64,000 bases of DNA, taken from positions 3,248 through 67,247 of the forward strand of contig CAYOXD010000002.1 of the NCBI GenBank assembly GCA_964407825.1, read 5' to 3'. The notes under the pieces were generated by a model, which was given only the letters and a program-made list of their open reading frames with translations, was not told the origin of the DNA and made no database searches. Positions 47,462 to 58,438 of this stretch are shown one piece after another. Both the position numbers and the translations under genes were made by a program. Every line of letters starts with the position of its first letter. Positions within the stretch are counted from its first letter, which is position 1. The DNA is from an uncultured Desulfobacterales bacterium (lineage in GTDB: Bacteria; Desulfobacterota; Desulfobacteria; Desulfobacterales; JAFDDL01).

Positions 47462-47486
47462 CCTAATCCATTTGGAGGATCATACG

Positions 47487-48233
47487 ATGGTTGAATGGCT
47501 TTATCTGATTGTTCCGGTTGTTCTGTTCTTTTGGATCTCCGTCAAGGTGCTCAACGAATATGAGCGGGGGGTTATTTTCAGACTCGGCCGCGTCATCAAG
47601 GCCAAGGGACCGGGACTGATCATTCTGGTGCCGATGGTCGACAAGATGATTAAGGTGAGTCTGCGGCTGGTGGCCCTGGACGTTGACCCGCAGGACGTCA
47701 TCACCCGGGACAACGTGTCTGTAAAGGTCAATGCGGTGATCTATTTCCGTGTCATCGATCCCATCAAGGCCATCGTCGAGGTGGAGAACTACAATTACGC
47801 CATGAGCCAGCTGGCGCAGACCACCCTGCGAAGCGTCCTCGGCCAGGCGGAGCTGGACGAATTGCTTTCGGACAGGGAGAAGATCAACTCCGAGCTTCAG
47901 GAGATTCTCGATCGGCATACCGACCCCTGGGGGGTGAAGGTGACCACGGTGGAACTCAAGTACATCGATCTTCCCCAGGAGATGCAGCGCGCCATGGCCA
48001 AACAGGCCGAGGCAGAGCGGGAGCGGCGCGCCAAGGTCATTAATGCCGAGGGAGAATACCAGGCGGCGGCGAAGTTGGCCGAGGCTGCCACCATCATCCA
48101 GGAGCACCCGGTTGCCCTTCAGCTCCGGTATCTTCAGACCATGCGCGAGGTGTCCTCCGAAAACAATACCACCACCATCTTCCCCTTCCCGATGGATATG
48201 GTCAAGCCCTTCCTCAAGATGTTCAAGGATTAG
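47487..48233 (+). CDS. SPFH/Band-7 (stomatin-like) protein
   Basis: Contains [12 protein letters not shown]...GPGLIILVP and [18 protein letters not shown]. The internal Met is preceded by GGAGGA. It is paired with nfeD. Confidence 0.88.
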   Translation: MVEWLYLIVPVVLFFWISVKVLNEYERGVIFRLGRVIKAKGPGLIILVPMVDKMIKVSLRLVALDVDPQDVITRDNVSVKVNAVIYFRVIDPIKAIVEVENYNYAMSQLAQTTLRSVLGQAELDELLSDREKINSELQEILDRHTDPWGVKVTTVELKYIDLPQEMQRAMAKQAEAERERRAKVINAEGEYQAAAKLAEAATIIQEHPVALQLRYLQTMREVSSENNTTTIFPFPMDMVKPFLKMFKD

Positions 48234-48389
48234 ATGCGGCGTGATCATTTAGCGCTTGCCTTTTTAATACGGAATGTTAGAATTCCAACCTTTGAACCGG
48301 TCCTTTCGCTGGGATCGGACAGTTGAGTCCAAAGAGCTGAAACTCAAGAAATTCCGGCCAAGCCCGGAGCGGAAAGGAGTTCGTGTTAG

Positions 48390-48710
48390 ATGGCTGCGAA
48401 GGAAAAGAAGGAAAAGGAAAAACCCCTGGAGAAAATGACCGCCAAGGAGCTTCGGGACATGGCGCTCGACATTAGCGATATCACCGGCGCCCACGGTATG
48501 AACAAACCCGAGCTGATATCCGCCATTAAGAAGGCCAAGGGCATCGCCGAGGAGTCCACCCGCCGCACCAGCACCAGTGTGCGCGAGATCAAGGTCAAAA
48601 TTCGAGCATTGAAGGAGAAACGGGTTGCGGCCCTCGCCGCCAAGGACGCGACACTGGCCACCCGTTACCGCCGAACCATCAGCCGGCTCAAGAAAATGAC
48701 CCGCTCATGA
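48390..48710 (+). CDS. Small basic protein with a Rho-N/SAP-like helix-hairpin domain
   Basis: MTAKELRDMALDISDITGAHGMNKPELISAIKKA resembles the Rho N-terminal domain. It has a Lys/Arg-rich tail, and its stop overlaps the xerC start as ATGA. Confidence 0.5.
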   Translation: MAAKEKKEKEKPLEKMTAKELRDMALDISDITGAHGMNKPELISAIKKAKGIAEESTRRTSTSVREIKVKIRALKEKRVAALAAKDATLATRYRRTISRLKKMTRS

Positions 48711-49636
48711 CCGGTAAGTTCCTGGCCTCCTGGATCGACACCTTCAAAGAGCATCTGGAGGCCGAAAAGGGATACTCGCCCCATACCATCCGGTGCTATC
48801 AGCACGACTTGGCTGAATTCCAGGAGATCATGAGCGCTTCGGCGCGCAGTGGCGAGGGGGCGAAGGATACGGCGCTCGATCACATCTCGAGCCTGGAGAT
48901 CCGAAGCTATCTGGCCGCGCTCTACAGGAAACGGAACGGGAAGCGCACCATCGCCCGCAAGCTCTCTGCCGTGCGGTCCCTGTTTCGATATCTGGTCAAG
49001 CATGGGGTGATCCAGAGCAGCCCCGCCGATGCTGTCTCGACCCCCAAGCAGAACCGTTCCATTCCCGTGTGGCTGCCGGTGGATGACATGTTTCGCCTGC
49101 TCGATGCGCTGAAGGGAGACTCTCTGCTGACATTACGCAACCGGGCCATTTTCGAAACCATTTACTCTTGCGGGCTGCGGGTATCCGAAGCCGCCGGACT
49201 CGATGTGGAGGACGTGGACACATCGGAAAGACTGGTGAGGGTTCGGGGAAAGGGAAACAAGGAACGGGTGATTCCCATCGGCAAGGTTTCCCTTGAAGCA
49301 GTCGGCCGGTATCGGATGGCATTGGAAAATCAGGCCCCCACAGCGGAGAAGGCAGGCGGGCCTCTCTTTCTGAACAGGAACGGTGGGCGGCTGACGACCC
49401 GGTCCATGGCCCGTATCCTGGAGCGGGTATCCAGCCGGTGCGGGATCCCCATACCGGTCAGCCCGCACGCCTTGCGACACTCCTTTGCCACCCACATGCT
49501 CGATGCGGGGGCCGATCTCAAGGTGGTCCAGGAGATGCTGGGGCACCAGAGCCTCAGCACCACTCAGCAGTATACCCATGTGAGTATCAGCCGGCTCATG
49601 GAAACCTATGACAAGGCTCATCCGAGAAAGGAATAG
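48707..49636 (+). CDS. xerC: Tyrosine recombinase XerC
   Basis: Contains HALRHSFATHMLDAGADLKVVQEMLGHQSLSTTQQYTHV. The xerC-hslV-hslU order is conserved. Confidence 0.85.
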   Translation: MTGKFLASWIDTFKEHLEAEKGYSPHTIRCYQHDLAEFQEIMSASARSGEGAKDTALDHISSLEIRSYLAALYRKRNGKRTIARKLSAVRSLFRYLVKHGVIQSSPADAVSTPKQNRSIPVWLPVDDMFRLLDALKGDSLLTLRNRAIFETIYSCGLRVSEAAGLDVEDVDTSERLVRVRGKGNKERVIPIGKVSLEAVGRYRMALENQAPTAEKAGGPLFLNRNGGRLTTRSMARILERVSSRCGIPIPVSPHALRHSFATHMLDAGADLKVVQEMLGHQSLSTTQQYTHVSISRLMETYDKAHPRKE

Positions 49637-49672
49637 GCGGATGGACGGGGAAACCCGGAGGGGGCATTGACC

Positions 49673-50209
49673 ATGGATTTTCACGGTACGACCATTCTGG
49701 CGATTCGGCACAAGGGGCGGATGGTGATGGCCGGTGACGGCCAGGTGACGCTCCAGAGCACCGTCGTCAAGCACCGGGCCCGAAAGGTCCGGCGCATTTA
49801 CAACGACCGGATCATTGTGGGGTTTGCCGGCGCCACGGCGGATGCCTTGAACCTGTTCGACAGGCTTGAGGCCAAACTCGAGCAGTATCACGGGAACCTG
49901 ACCCGCAGCGCCGTGGAACTGGCCAGGGACTGGCGAACGGACCGCTACCTTCGAAAATTGGAGGCCATGATGATTGCCGCGGATCGCACCAGCCTCTTCC
50001 TTATTTCCGGGAACGGAGACATTATCGAGCCGGACGAACCGGTGATGGCTATCGGATCCGGAGGGGTCGCCGCCCAAGCGGCTGCCACCGCCCTGATGCG
50101 GCATTCCAGCCTCGATGCGGCGGGCATCGTCGGCGAGGCCATGAAGATCGCGGCTTCCCTGTGCATTTACACCAACGAGGCGTTTACCATCGAGACCCTT
50201 GATGAATAG
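49673..50209 (+). CDS. hslV: ATP-dependent protease subunit HslV
   Basis: [15 protein letters not shown] carries the N-terminal Thr nucleophile context. GSGG is present. Confidence 0.9.
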   Translation: MDFHGTTILAIRHKGRMVMAGDGQVTLQSTVVKHRARKVRRIYNDRIIVGFAGATADALNLFDRLEAKLEQYHGNLTRSAVELARDWRTDRYLRKLEAMMIAADRTSLFLISGNGDIIEPDEPVMAIGSGGVAAQAAATALMRHSSLDAAGIVGEAMKIAASLCIYTNEAFTIETLDE

Positions 50210-50238
50210 CAACCGCCGGAAGGGTTGGGTTATTCCCC

Positions 50239-51618
50239 ATGAACAATCTTAAACCATCTGAAATTGTAAAAGAACTTGATAAATACATCATCGGGCAGCA
50301 CAAGGCCAAGCGATCCGTTGCCATCGCCCTGCGAAACCGTTGGCGCCGGCAGCAGGTCCCCGAGGAGCTCCGGGATGAGATTGCGCCGAAAAATATCATT
50401 CTGATCGGCCCTACGGGGGTCGGCAAGACGGAGATCGCCAGACGCCTTTCGCGGTTGACCGATTCACCCTTCATTAAGGTGGAGGCATCCAAGTTCACCG
50501 AGGTCGGTTATGTGGGCAGGGATGTGGAGTCGATGATCCGGGACATGCTGGAGGTTACACTGAACATCCAGAAGGCCCGAGAGCAGGAGGCGGTTCAGGA
50601 TAAGGCCCAGCAGATCGCCGAGGAACGGCTCCTCGATCTTCTGCTGCCCAAGGCCTCACCGCAGGAGCAATCGCTGGAAACGCCGCCTCCCGGCAGGCCG
50701 ACCCTCGAACCGGTGCCGGACGCCCAGGACAACGCCGTGTCCACCACCAGGGATAAGCTCCGCAGCATGCTGCGGGCCGGGAAGCTCGATGAGCGCTTCG
50801 TGGACCTGGACGTGCCGGACCGGAGCATGCCGGTGGTAGAGATCTTCTCCAATGTGGGCATGGAGGAGATGGGGATCAATTTCAAGGACATGTTCGGGTC
50901 CCTGCTGCCAAAGTCCACCAAACGCCGGAAGGTCAAGGTCCGGGAAGCTCGGGCACTTCTGGCCCAGGAGGAGGCCCAGGGCCTGGTGGATATGGACAGG
51001 GTGGTCAAGATCTCCATCGAAAAGGTAGAGCAGTCCGGCATCGTTTTTCTAGACGAGATCGACAAGATCGCCGGCAAGAGCAGCGGCCAGGGCCCGGATG
51101 TTTCCCGGGAAGGGGTGCAGCGGGATCTTCTGCCCCTGGTGGAGGGAAGCACCGTTTCCACCAAGTACGGTCCGGTCAAGACGGATCATATCCTCTTCAT
51201 CGCCTCAGGTGCCTTTCACGTAGCCAAGCCCTCGGATCTCATTCCGGAACTCCAGGGCCGTTTTCCCATTCGCGTGGAGCTCGACTCCCTTGGGGCCCAG
51301 GAGTTTGTGCGGATCCTCCGGGAGCCGAAAAACGCCCTGTTGGTCCAATACACGGCAATGCTGGAGACCGAGGGGGTGACGGTGCGATTCGAGGATGCCG
51401 CCGTGTCGGATATTGCCCGGATCGCGGAAGAGGTCAACACGCGGACCGAGAACATCGGCGCCCGGCGTCTTCATACCATCATGGAATGCCTGCTGGAGGA
51501 CATTCTGTTCGAGGCGCCTGACACCACCGGCCGGGAGGTGATGGTCGACGCCGGCTTCGTGGCCGAAAAACTCAAGGGCATCAAGGACAACGAGGACCTC
51601 AGCCGGTATATTCTATAG
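50239..51618 (+). CDS. hslU: ATP-dependent protease ATPase subunit HslU
   Basis: Contains [15 protein letters not shown], Walker [16 protein letters not shown] and FLDEIDKI. Confidence 0.93.
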   Translation: MNNLKPSEIVKELDKYIIGQHKAKRSVAIALRNRWRRQQVPEELRDEIAPKNIILIGPTGVGKTEIARRLSRLTDSPFIKVEASKFTEVGYVGRDVESMIRDMLEVTLNIQKAREQEAVQDKAQQIAEERLLDLLLPKASPQEQSLETPPPGRPTLEPVPDAQDNAVSTTRDKLRSMLRAGKLDERFVDLDVPDRSMPVVEIFSNVGMEEMGINFKDMFGSLLPKSTKRRKVKVREARALLAQEEAQGLVDMDRVVKISIEKVEQSGIVFLDEIDKIAGKSSGQGPDVSREGVQRDLLPLVEGSTVSTKYGPVKTDHILFIASGAFHVAKPSDLIPELQGRFPIRVELDSLGAQEFVRILREPKNALLVQYTAMLETEGVTVRFEDAAVSDIARIAEEVNTRTENIGARRLHTIMECLLEDILFEAPDTTGREVMVDAGFVAEKLKGIKDNEDLSRYIL

Positions 51619-51686
51619 CGTTTTGGGTAACGATGAGTCGATTTACCGACATGAAGGGGAGTTTGAGACCCTGAAGTGATGAAAGA

Positions 51687-52568
51687 ATGAGTATGACAAG
51701 CAGTGTGGCGGACATTCTGATCGAAGCGCTTCCGTACCTCCGGCGGCTTTCTGGAAAGACCGTGGTGGTCAAATACGGCGGCCATGCCATGGTGGATGAG
51801 GGCCTGAAGAGCGATTTCGCAAAGGACATCGCCCTCATGAAATACGTGGGGCTCAATCCCGTGGTGGTTCACGGCGGAGGCCCCCAGATCTCCCAGGTGA
51901 TGACGCGCATGGGAATCGAACCCAGATTTGTCCGCGGCATGCGGATGACGGATCAGGACACCATGGATGTGGTGGAGATGGTGCTGGGTGGACTGGTCAA
52001 TAACGCCATCGTCTCCCGGATCAACCAGGAGGGAGGTCAGGCCATTGGCCTCAGCGGTAAGGACGCGGGGCTCATCCAGGCCAGAAAGCTCCGCATGGTT
52101 CACCGGGAAAACGCCCAGAGCCCGCCGGAAATCATCGATCCGGGCCATGTGGGGGAGGTAGTCGCCATCAACCGGCACCTGATTGAGGCCCTGGCAGAAA
52201 AGGGGTTCATCCCGATCATCGCACCCGTTGGAACGGGCGAGCACGGTGAATCTTACAACATCAACGCCGATGCTGTGGCCAGTCACGTGGCCATGGCCCT
52301 GAAGGCAGCCAAACTGGTATTTCTGACGGACGTGGAAGGCGTTCTCGACAGTGAGGGAAAGCTCCTTAGCACCATTGCCGTGGAACGGATTGCCGGATAC
52401 ATCGAGGATCGCATCCTGACCGGCGGCATGATTCCCAAGGCCGAATTCGCCAGGGAGGCGGTTTTGAGCGGCGTGGATAAGGTCCATATCATCAACGGCA
52501 CCCGGCCCCATGCGGTGCTGTTGGAGCTATTCACAGAGAGGGGCATTGGAACGGAAGTGATCCCATGA
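51687..52568 (+). CDS. argB: Acetylglutamate kinase
   Basis: Contains VVKYGGHAM, NPVVVHGGGPQI and NINADAVAS. Confidence 0.92.
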   Translation: MSMTSSVADILIEALPYLRRLSGKTVVVKYGGHAMVDEGLKSDFAKDIALMKYVGLNPVVVHGGGPQISQVMTRMGIEPRFVRGMRMTDQDTMDVVEMVLGGLVNNAIVSRINQEGGQAIGLSGKDAGLIQARKLRMVHRENAQSPPEIIDPGHVGEVVAINRHLIEALAEKGFIPIIAPVGTGEHGESYNINADAVASHVAMALKAAKLVFLTDVEGVLDSEGKLLSTIAVERIAGYIEDRILTGGMIPKAEFAREAVLSGVDKVHIINGTRPHAVLLELFTERGIGTEVIP

Positions 52569-53764
52569 CTGAAGAACTGATAGCTCAGGCCGACACGGTC
52601 ATCGCCAACACGTATCAGCGCTTTCCCATTGCGCTTGAAAGGGGAGAGGGATGCGTGCTCTGGGATACCGAAGGAAACGCCTACATCGATTTCGTTGCGG
52701 GCATCGCCGTTTGCAACCTGGGCCATGCCCACCCCCGTATCGCCGAGGCGGTGTGTGACCAGGCCCGGCGGCTGGTGCATGTATCGAATCTTTACTATAC
52801 GACGCCCCAGGTGGACCTTGCCGCCCTGCTGGTGGAAAAGAGCTTCGCGGACCGGGTGTTTTTCTGCAATAGCGGCGCGGAGGCCAACGAGGCAGCCATC
52901 AAGCTGGCGAGAAAATACTTTTCCGCGCGGGGCGAAGCGCACCGGTTCCGCATCGTTTCCATGAACCATTCGTTTCACGGCAGGACCATGGGGGCGCTCT
53001 CGGCAACCGGTCAGGAAAAAATCAAAAAGGGCTTTTCGCCGGTCCTCGAAGGCTTCGATTTCGTGGCCTTCAACGATCTGGAGGGGTTGGCCAAACGGCT
53101 GGGACCCGACACCTGCGCCGTGCTGCTCGAGCCGCTCCAGGGGGAAGGCGGCGTGCGCTGCCCCGCGCCCGAATATCTCGCTGCAGTGCGGGAATTGTGC
53201 GACCGGGCCGGTGTTCTCCTCATTTTTGACGAAATTCAAACCGGCATGGGTCGAACCGGAAAGCTCTTTGCCTATGAGCACGAGGGGGTAGCGCCGGATA
53301 TCATGACCCTCGCCAAAGCCCTAGCAAACGGTCTTCCCATCGGTGCCATGTTGTCCCGGGAATCGGTGGCCCAGGCATTCGCCCCCGGTAGCCATGCCTC
53401 CACCTTCGGCGGCACGCCGCTGGTGACCGCCGCCGCTCTCGAAGTCCTGAAGATCCTGACGGCCGAGGGGTTCATGGAGGCATGCACGACCATGGGCGCG
53501 TATCTCAAGGGTCGGCTCATGGAATTGAAGGCGCAGCACGCCTGTATCCGGGAGGTCCGGGGCAGGGGCCTCCTTCTGGGCATGGTTCTCGAAGGCAAGG
53601 GAGGCCCCCTGGTCAAGGCCTGCCTCAAGCGGGGTTTTCTCATCAACTGCGTTCAGGAAAATATTCTGCGGTTTGTCCCTCCCCTGACGATTTCGAGGGA
53701 GCAGGTGGATGCACTGGTGGGATGCCTGGATGCGCTTTTCCGAGAGGGGCTCGGTGTGCCATGA
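52565..53764 (+). CDS. argD: Acetylornithine aminotransferase
   Basis: Contains YIDFVAGIAVCNLGHAHP, DEIQTGMGRTGKLFAYEH and STFGGTPL. It overlaps the argB stop. Confidence 0.9.
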   Translation: MTEELIAQADTVIANTYQRFPIALERGEGCVLWDTEGNAYIDFVAGIAVCNLGHAHPRIAEAVCDQARRLVHVSNLYYTTPQVDLAALLVEKSFADRVFFCNSGAEANEAAIKLARKYFSARGEAHRFRIVSMNHSFHGRTMGALSATGQEKIKKGFSPVLEGFDFVAFNDLEGLAKRLGPDTCAVLLEPLQGEGGVRCPAPEYLAAVRELCDRAGVLLIFDEIQTGMGRTGKLFAYEHEGVAPDIMTLAKALANGLPIGAMLSRESVAQAFAPGSHASTFGGTPLVTAAALEVLKILTAEGFMEACTTMGAYLKGRLMELKAQHACIREVRGRGLLLGMVLEGKGGPLVKACLKRGFLINCVQENILRFVPPLTISREQVDALVGCLDALFREGLGVP

Positions 53765-54231
53765 ATGAAAAAGACAGGGGCCGGCCCCGAAACCGACTGG
53801 GCTTCCCATTGCATGCGCTGCTGTTGTCGATCGGCGCGCTGGTGTTGCTGAGCGCCGGGTGCGGCCAAAAGGCCATGCCCGTGGCTCCTCACCCTGTGGT
53901 GGTACCGCGAGTCTCGGATTTGAAGGGGGTCGTTCGAGGGGAACAGCTGATGTTGTCCTGGACGGTACCGGCCGAAGCGACACAGAGGGCGGGGGAGGCG
54001 CTGATGGCGGTGGTTTGCCGTTCCAAACTTCCCCGGAAGGATGGCGCGTGCAAGGAGTGTCCCCTTCGGTTCGAGGCCATCGACCGGCTGCCGGTACCCG
54101 CAGGGAACGAAGCTGGAATGCACTACATGGAAAGCCTGGAGAAGGGGTTCCGGTACACCTATTATGTGGTTTTAAGAGGGGAAAACGGGGTGTCAGGAGC
54201 TCCATCCAATTATTTTCACACCGTTTATTGA
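53761..54231 (+). CDS. Hypothetical lipoprotein (156 aa)
   Basis: The start overlaps the argD stop as ATGA. It has the lipobox LLSAGCG, beta-rich sequence and a CKEC pair. Confidence 0.5.
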   Translation: MNEKDRGRPRNRLGFPLHALLLSIGALVLLSAGCGQKAMPVAPHPVVVPRVSDLKGVVRGEQLMLSWTVPAEATQRAGEALMAVVCRSKLPRKDGACKECPLRFEAIDRLPVPAGNEAGMHYMESLEKGFRYTYYVVLRGENGVSGAPSNYFHTVY

Positions 54232-54296
54232 CTGGACCAGGGGATCGGCCGCGGCACCCTGGCGCCATTTGCCGCCGTGGGGCCGGAAGGATACTA

Positions 54297-55148
54297 ATGA
54301 AATTGATTTCATTCTGTAAAATGAGCGGCGCCGGTAACGACTTTATCGTCATCGACAACCGGGAGTCCGTGTTGCCGCGAATGCCCCTCAATGAGTTTGC
54401 CCAACGGGTTTGCCGCCGTAAGATCGCCGTTGGCGCCGATGGACTCATCCTGATCGAGAACTCGGACCAGGCGGATTTCAAGTGGCAATTTTTCAACTCC
54501 GACGGCAGCACCGCGGAGATGTGCGGCAATGGCGCGCGATGTGCGGCCAGGTTCGCCCATTTGAAGGGGATCGCGGGCCCGCAAATGGCCTTTGAGACCC
54601 TGGCTGGTCTGGTGACGGCAACGGTGAACGAGGGCCTGGTTCGGGTGAAGATGCCCGATCCAACAGATCTGATTCTTTATGACACAGTGGAGGTGCAGGA
54701 GGATCAGTTGCCCATCAGCTGCGTCACCGCCGGGGTGCCCCACGTGGTGGTCATGCTCTCGGGCCTGGCACAGATGGACGTGGTGGGCCTTGGAAAACAG
54801 ATCCGGCGGCATCCGAAATTCGCCCCTGCCGGCACCAACGTGAATTTCGTCGAACCGGGGGCGCAGGGCTGGCTGGCGGTTCGGACCTATGAACGCGGCG
54901 TGGAGGACGAGACGCTGGCCTGCGGCACCGGCGCGGTGGCGGCTGCCCTCGTGGCCTCCCTGAAGCTGGGAAAACAGAGTCCCGTTCAGGTATTGACGCG
55001 ATCGGGGTTTCAACTGGGCGTTCATTTCCGGGAGGCCGGCGGAATGTTCTCCGAGGTTTTCCTGGAGGGGGACGCGCGGGTCGTTTTCACAGGCGATATA
55101 GGTGCCGAAGCCCTGCAATGGCATACGGCGTCTGAGGTGGAAGGATAG
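54297..55148 (+). CDS. dapF: Diaminopimelate epimerase
   Basis: Contains KMSGAGNDFIVIDN and the catalytic Cys motifs MCGNGARC and ACGTGAVA. The internal Met is preferred over the long track ORF. Confidence 0.9.
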   Translation: MKLISFCKMSGAGNDFIVIDNRESVLPRMPLNEFAQRVCRRKIAVGADGLILIENSDQADFKWQFFNSDGSTAEMCGNGARCAARFAHLKGIAGPQMAFETLAGLVTATVNEGLVRVKMPDPTDLILYDTVEVQEDQLPISCVTAGVPHVVVMLSGLAQMDVVGLGKQIRRHPKFAPAGTNVNFVEPGAQGWLAVRTYERGVEDETLACGTGAVAAALVASLKLGKQSPVQVLTRSGFQLGVHFREAGGMFSEVFLEGDARVVFTGDIGAEALQWHTASEVEG

Positions 55149-55153
55149 GGGCC

Positions 55154-55657
55154 ATGCCTCGGCATCTGGCATTTATTTCGATTGGTTCCAACATGGGCGA
55201 CCGGGTTGCCAACTGCCGCGGCGGCATCGAAGCTCTGGAGACTCTGGCGGAAACCCGGCTTGAGGGCGTCTCCCGCCTCTATGAGACCGAACCGGTGGAT
55301 TATCTGGAACAGGCGTGGTTTGTCAATGCGGCCGCGCGCATCGAAACTGGACTCGACCCCCTCCAACTGCTGGAGGCGCTCAAGGGGATCGAAAGAGCCG
55401 CCGGGAAAAGGGAAGGCGGGATCCGATTCGGTCCCCGTCCCCTGGATCTGGATATCATCCTCTTCGATTCGGTACGAATCGACACGGCGCACCTGGTCAT
55501 ACCCCATCCCAGAATGCATCAAAGACGGTTTGTATTGAGACCGATTTGTGATATAGACCCCCATGTCCTTCACCCCAGCCTGAAGCGAAGCGCTCGCCAG
55601 CTTCTAGACGATCTCAGCGACGAAATCGGACAGGAGGTGAACGGTTTAGGGAAATGA
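55154..55657 (+). CDS. folK: 2-amino-4-hydroxy-6-hydroxymethyldihydropteridine diphosphokinase
   Basis: Contains [22 protein letters not shown] and [16 protein letters not shown]. Confidence 0.85.
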   Translation: MPRHLAFISIGSNMGDRVANCRGGIEALETLAETRLEGVSRLYETEPVDYLEQAWFVNAAARIETGLDPLQLLEALKGIERAAGKREGGIRFGPRPLDLDIILFDSVRIDTAHLVIPHPRMHQRRFVLRPICDIDPHVLHPSLKRSARQLLDDLSDEIGQEVNGLGK

Positions 55658-55743
55658 CAACTTTAGAGCGTCCGGGTCTCCTCTGCCACCGTTGGCTCAG
55701 GGGGGGCGCTCATCACGGAAACGCAGCCAATGGAGGAAGCCGG

Positions 55744-56388
55744 ATGAAGTTTTTCATCGACACCGCCAATATTGAAGAAATAAGAGACGCTGTCAGCATG
55801 GGCATGGTGGACGGCGTCACCACCAATCCCTCCCTCATCGCCAAGGAGGGCGGGGATTTCGAAACGCTCATCACTCGGATCTGCGAGGTGGTGGATGGCC
55901 CCATCAATGCAGAGGTCATCAGCACCGACGCGGAGGGGATGGTTCGAGAGGCCCGGGAACTGGTCAAGATCCATCCGAACATCGTGGTAAAAATCCCCAT
56001 GCTGGTGGAGGGCCTGAAGGCCGTGCGCCGGTTGAGCGGGGAAGGGATCAACACCAACGTCACCCTGATTTTCTCTCCCTTGCAGGCCCTGATGGCCGCC
56101 AAGGCCGGGGCGAGCTACGTGAGCCCCTTTGTCGGCCGCCTCGATGATGTCGCCCACGACGGAATGACCCTGACGGAACAGATCGTGGAGATCTATCAAA
56201 ACTACGCCTTTGATACGGAAATCATCGTCGCCAGCGTCCGCAATCCCCTTCATGTGCTCGAATCCGCTCTCATGGGCGCCGATATCGCCACTATCCCTTA
56301 TAACGTGTTAAGCAAGCTGGCCGCCCATCCTCTGACCGACAAGGGCCTGGCCGCTTTTCTCAAGGACTGGGAAGGGGTCAATAAATAG
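55744..56388 (+). CDS. tal: Transaldolase / fructose-6-phosphate aldolase family (short type)
   Basis: Contains [25 protein letters not shown] and SPFVGRLDD. The internal Met is preceded by GGAGGAAG. Confidence 0.88.
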   Translation: MKFFIDTANIEEIRDAVSMGMVDGVTTNPSLIAKEGGDFETLITRICEVVDGPINAEVISTDAEGMVREARELVKIHPNIVVKIPMLVEGLKAVRRLSGEGINTNVTLIFSPLQALMAAKAGASYVSPFVGRLDDVAHDGMTLTEQIVEIYQNYAFDTEIIVASVRNPLHVLESALMGADIATIPYNVLSKLAAHPLTDKGLAAFLKDWEGVNK

Positions 56389-56393
56389 GGGAC

Positions 56394-56963
56394 ATGCGTC
56401 GCACGGACAAGATAAAGGAAATTCTCAAACGACCCAACACCCTGACGCTGTTTCGGATTGCCGTGGTGCCGGGGATCGTGGTGCTGCTCCTTTTTCCCAA
56501 TGCCTTCTGCTCTTTTGTGGCGGCGCTGCTATTCAGCGCGGCCGCCATTACCGACTATTTCGATGGCTTCTACGCCCGTCAGCGGGGCATGGAATCCGAG
56601 CTTGGCAAGATCATGGATCCGGTTGCGGACAAACTCCTTGTCTCCTCCACCCTCATCATGCTCTCCTCCCTCAACTGGATACCGGCCTGGGTGGCCTGTG
56701 TCATCATCGGTCGCGAACTGGCGGTGACCGGCTTGCGAAACATCATATCAGGGAAAGGGGAGGACATATCGGCCTCCAATCTCGGGAAGTACAAAACCGG
56801 ATTTCAAATCGCGGCACTGATTCCCCTGCTGGTACATTATGAACATCTCGGGATCGACTTTCATGTGATCGGCATGGTGTTTCTCTGGCTGGCGCTGATT
56901 TTCACCGTATATTCCGGTGCCGATTATTTCATTCGGTATAAACGGTATTACATCGACGAATAG
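56394..56963 (+). CDS. pgsA: CDP-diacylglycerol--glycerol-3-phosphate 3-phosphatidyltransferase
   Basis: Has the CDP-alcohol phosphatidyltransferase motif DGFYARQRGMESELGKIMDPVADK. Confidence 0.88.
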   Translation: MRRTDKIKEILKRPNTLTLFRIAVVPGIVVLLLFPNAFCSFVAALLFSAAAITDYFDGFYARQRGMESELGKIMDPVADKLLVSSTLIMLSSLNWIPAWVACVIIGRELAVTGLRNIISGKGEDISASNLGKYKTGFQIAALIPLLVHYEHLGIDFHVIGMVFLWLALIFTVYSGADYFIRYKRYYIDE

Positions 56964-57028
56964 ATGGGGTTTCAAACTTGACCTGAACCCCGATTGAAGG
57001 TTCTGATACCGCTTCTATCAGGTTTATT

Positions 57029-57517
57029 CTATCCCGGCAGGCTCAGCCGTTGGTGCGCCTTTCCCAGGACGCCTTGATAGTACCCCAGGATGTAGTCCAA
57101 ATAGACGATTTGGAGTTTAACAGCAAAGATCCCCCGATCAGCGTAAGCCAGAAGAGCGGCGTCCTTGGCCAGGGGAAGCCCGTCGAGAAATCCGTTGTCG
57201 AGACAGCGCTTGATCTTTCTGGACAGAGCATGGGTACGGAAGTGATCGCGCCCACCGGTTTCCCAGATGTCGTACAGGTGACACAGCAGACACACGGCGG
57301 CACCCTTGCGCAGCAGATCCGGGTCCAGGCCTATCCGGTCCCCGAGGTTCCGTGGCATTTCGCACCGAAGATACTTGAATGCATCGAATTCATTTAAAAA
57401 TAAGCTGCCGCCAAATCCGCCGTAGGTCGTAACGGCCCTATTGTACAGGTTCAGAATGATGCGGGCCGCGTGCATCGCCTCATGAAAGTTTTCTTCGGTA
57501 ATGTGATGGGTTTTCAT
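57029..57517 (-). CDS. Hypothetical protein (162 aa)
   Basis: A clean ORF in a lower-GC stretch. No motif recognised. Confidence 0.4.
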   Translation of the reverse strand: MKTHHITEENFHEAMHAARIILNLYNRAVTTYGGFGGSLFLNEFDAFKYLRCEMPRNLGDRIGLDPDLLRKGAAVCLLCHLYDIWETGGRDHFRTHALSRKIKRCLDNGFLDGLPLAKDAALLAYADRGIFAVKLQIVYLDYILGYYQGVLGKAHQRLSLPG

Positions 57518-57731
57518 TTGCCTCTTCTATCTGTCCGGGGCAGATAATTTAACGTAGCGGGTTTGGATCTGATAAGGGGAATAAGCAAGATACATGCCTC
57601 ATTGAAGAATTCGCGCGATTTCACGAATTCGTCAATGGCGACAGGGGAATGCGGCACCGCTGTCCCATGGACAATGATCAGGCTGTGCCGCAGACTGTTA
57701 CATAAAAGCTACACCTGATGTATACATTTGA

Positions 57732-58418
57732 TTACAGGATAGTCGTGCCGACGGCTGGATCTTTCTCTCCCTGCAGAATACCCAGCATGGCCTTGGCCAG
57801 CAGGCGATTCCTGTGGTGAGGGAGATAGCGTCTGTCCACGCGTTTTCGCTCCGGGTCGAAGCAGTTGACAAAGGCCCGGCGAATAGGGCTGCCATAAACA
57901 TTGACCATCGCTATGGGGAGGTCGCCGGGATTGCCGGTTCTATGGATACCCTCATTCAGGGGATGGGTTTCATCCGTTTCGCCGGGGAGCAGGAGGCGGT
58001 GGCGAGGTTCGCCGAGCCGGGCGATTCCCGCCTTGGAACCGTCATCCAGGCGCTCATATGTCACGATGTCGAGGGGGCCGAACAAGGTTCCGATAAGCCC
58101 CCATGAGCTGTGATCGTGAATGGGTGTATACTCCCCAGGGGCAAACAGAAACAGGCGCAGGGAAAAGCGACGGCCACGGTCCAGATACAGCAGCACCTCG
58201 CAATCGAAGAGCGCCGGTCTGGAAAGATCCGGATAGCGCTCTGCGCGGGACATTCGACCGATTATATCCACAAAAAGGGCCTCGTCCGCCAGCAGCCCGG
58301 GCAGGGCTTCGCGGATAAAGTCCATTCTGGCCTGCTTTCCCTTCAGTTGATCCATCACCGAGGACCAGGCGCGGCACGCGTCCATGAGTTTCGAGGCAGT
58401 TGATGTGTTGGACCCCAT
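57732..58418 (-). CDS. Cupin-fold protein resembling the cysteine dioxygenase type I family
   Basis: YTPIHDHSSWGLIG and a later HPLNEGIHR give a His-rich two-motif cupin pattern, as in CDO/3-mercaptopropionate dioxygenase-like proteins. Confidence 0.55.
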   Translation of the reverse strand: MGSNTSTASKLMDACRAWSSVMDQLKGKQARMDFIREALPGLLADEALFVDIIGRMSRAERYPDLSRPALFDCEVLLYLDRGRRFSLRLFLFAPGEYTPIHDHSSWGLIGTLFGPLDIVTYERLDDGSKAGIARLGEPRHRLLLPGETDETHPLNEGIHRTGNPGDLPIAMVNVYGSPIRRAFVNCFDPERKRVDRRYLPHHRNRLLAKAMLGILQGEKDPAVGTTIL

Positions 58419-58438
58419 GGCAGCTCCTTTGGTCTTTT

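Noticed and set aside
46127-48233. The NfeD plus SPFH/stomatin pair as a potential novel system.
   Set aside because: This is a well-known conserved operon pairing with typical architectures, and nothing unusual was seen.
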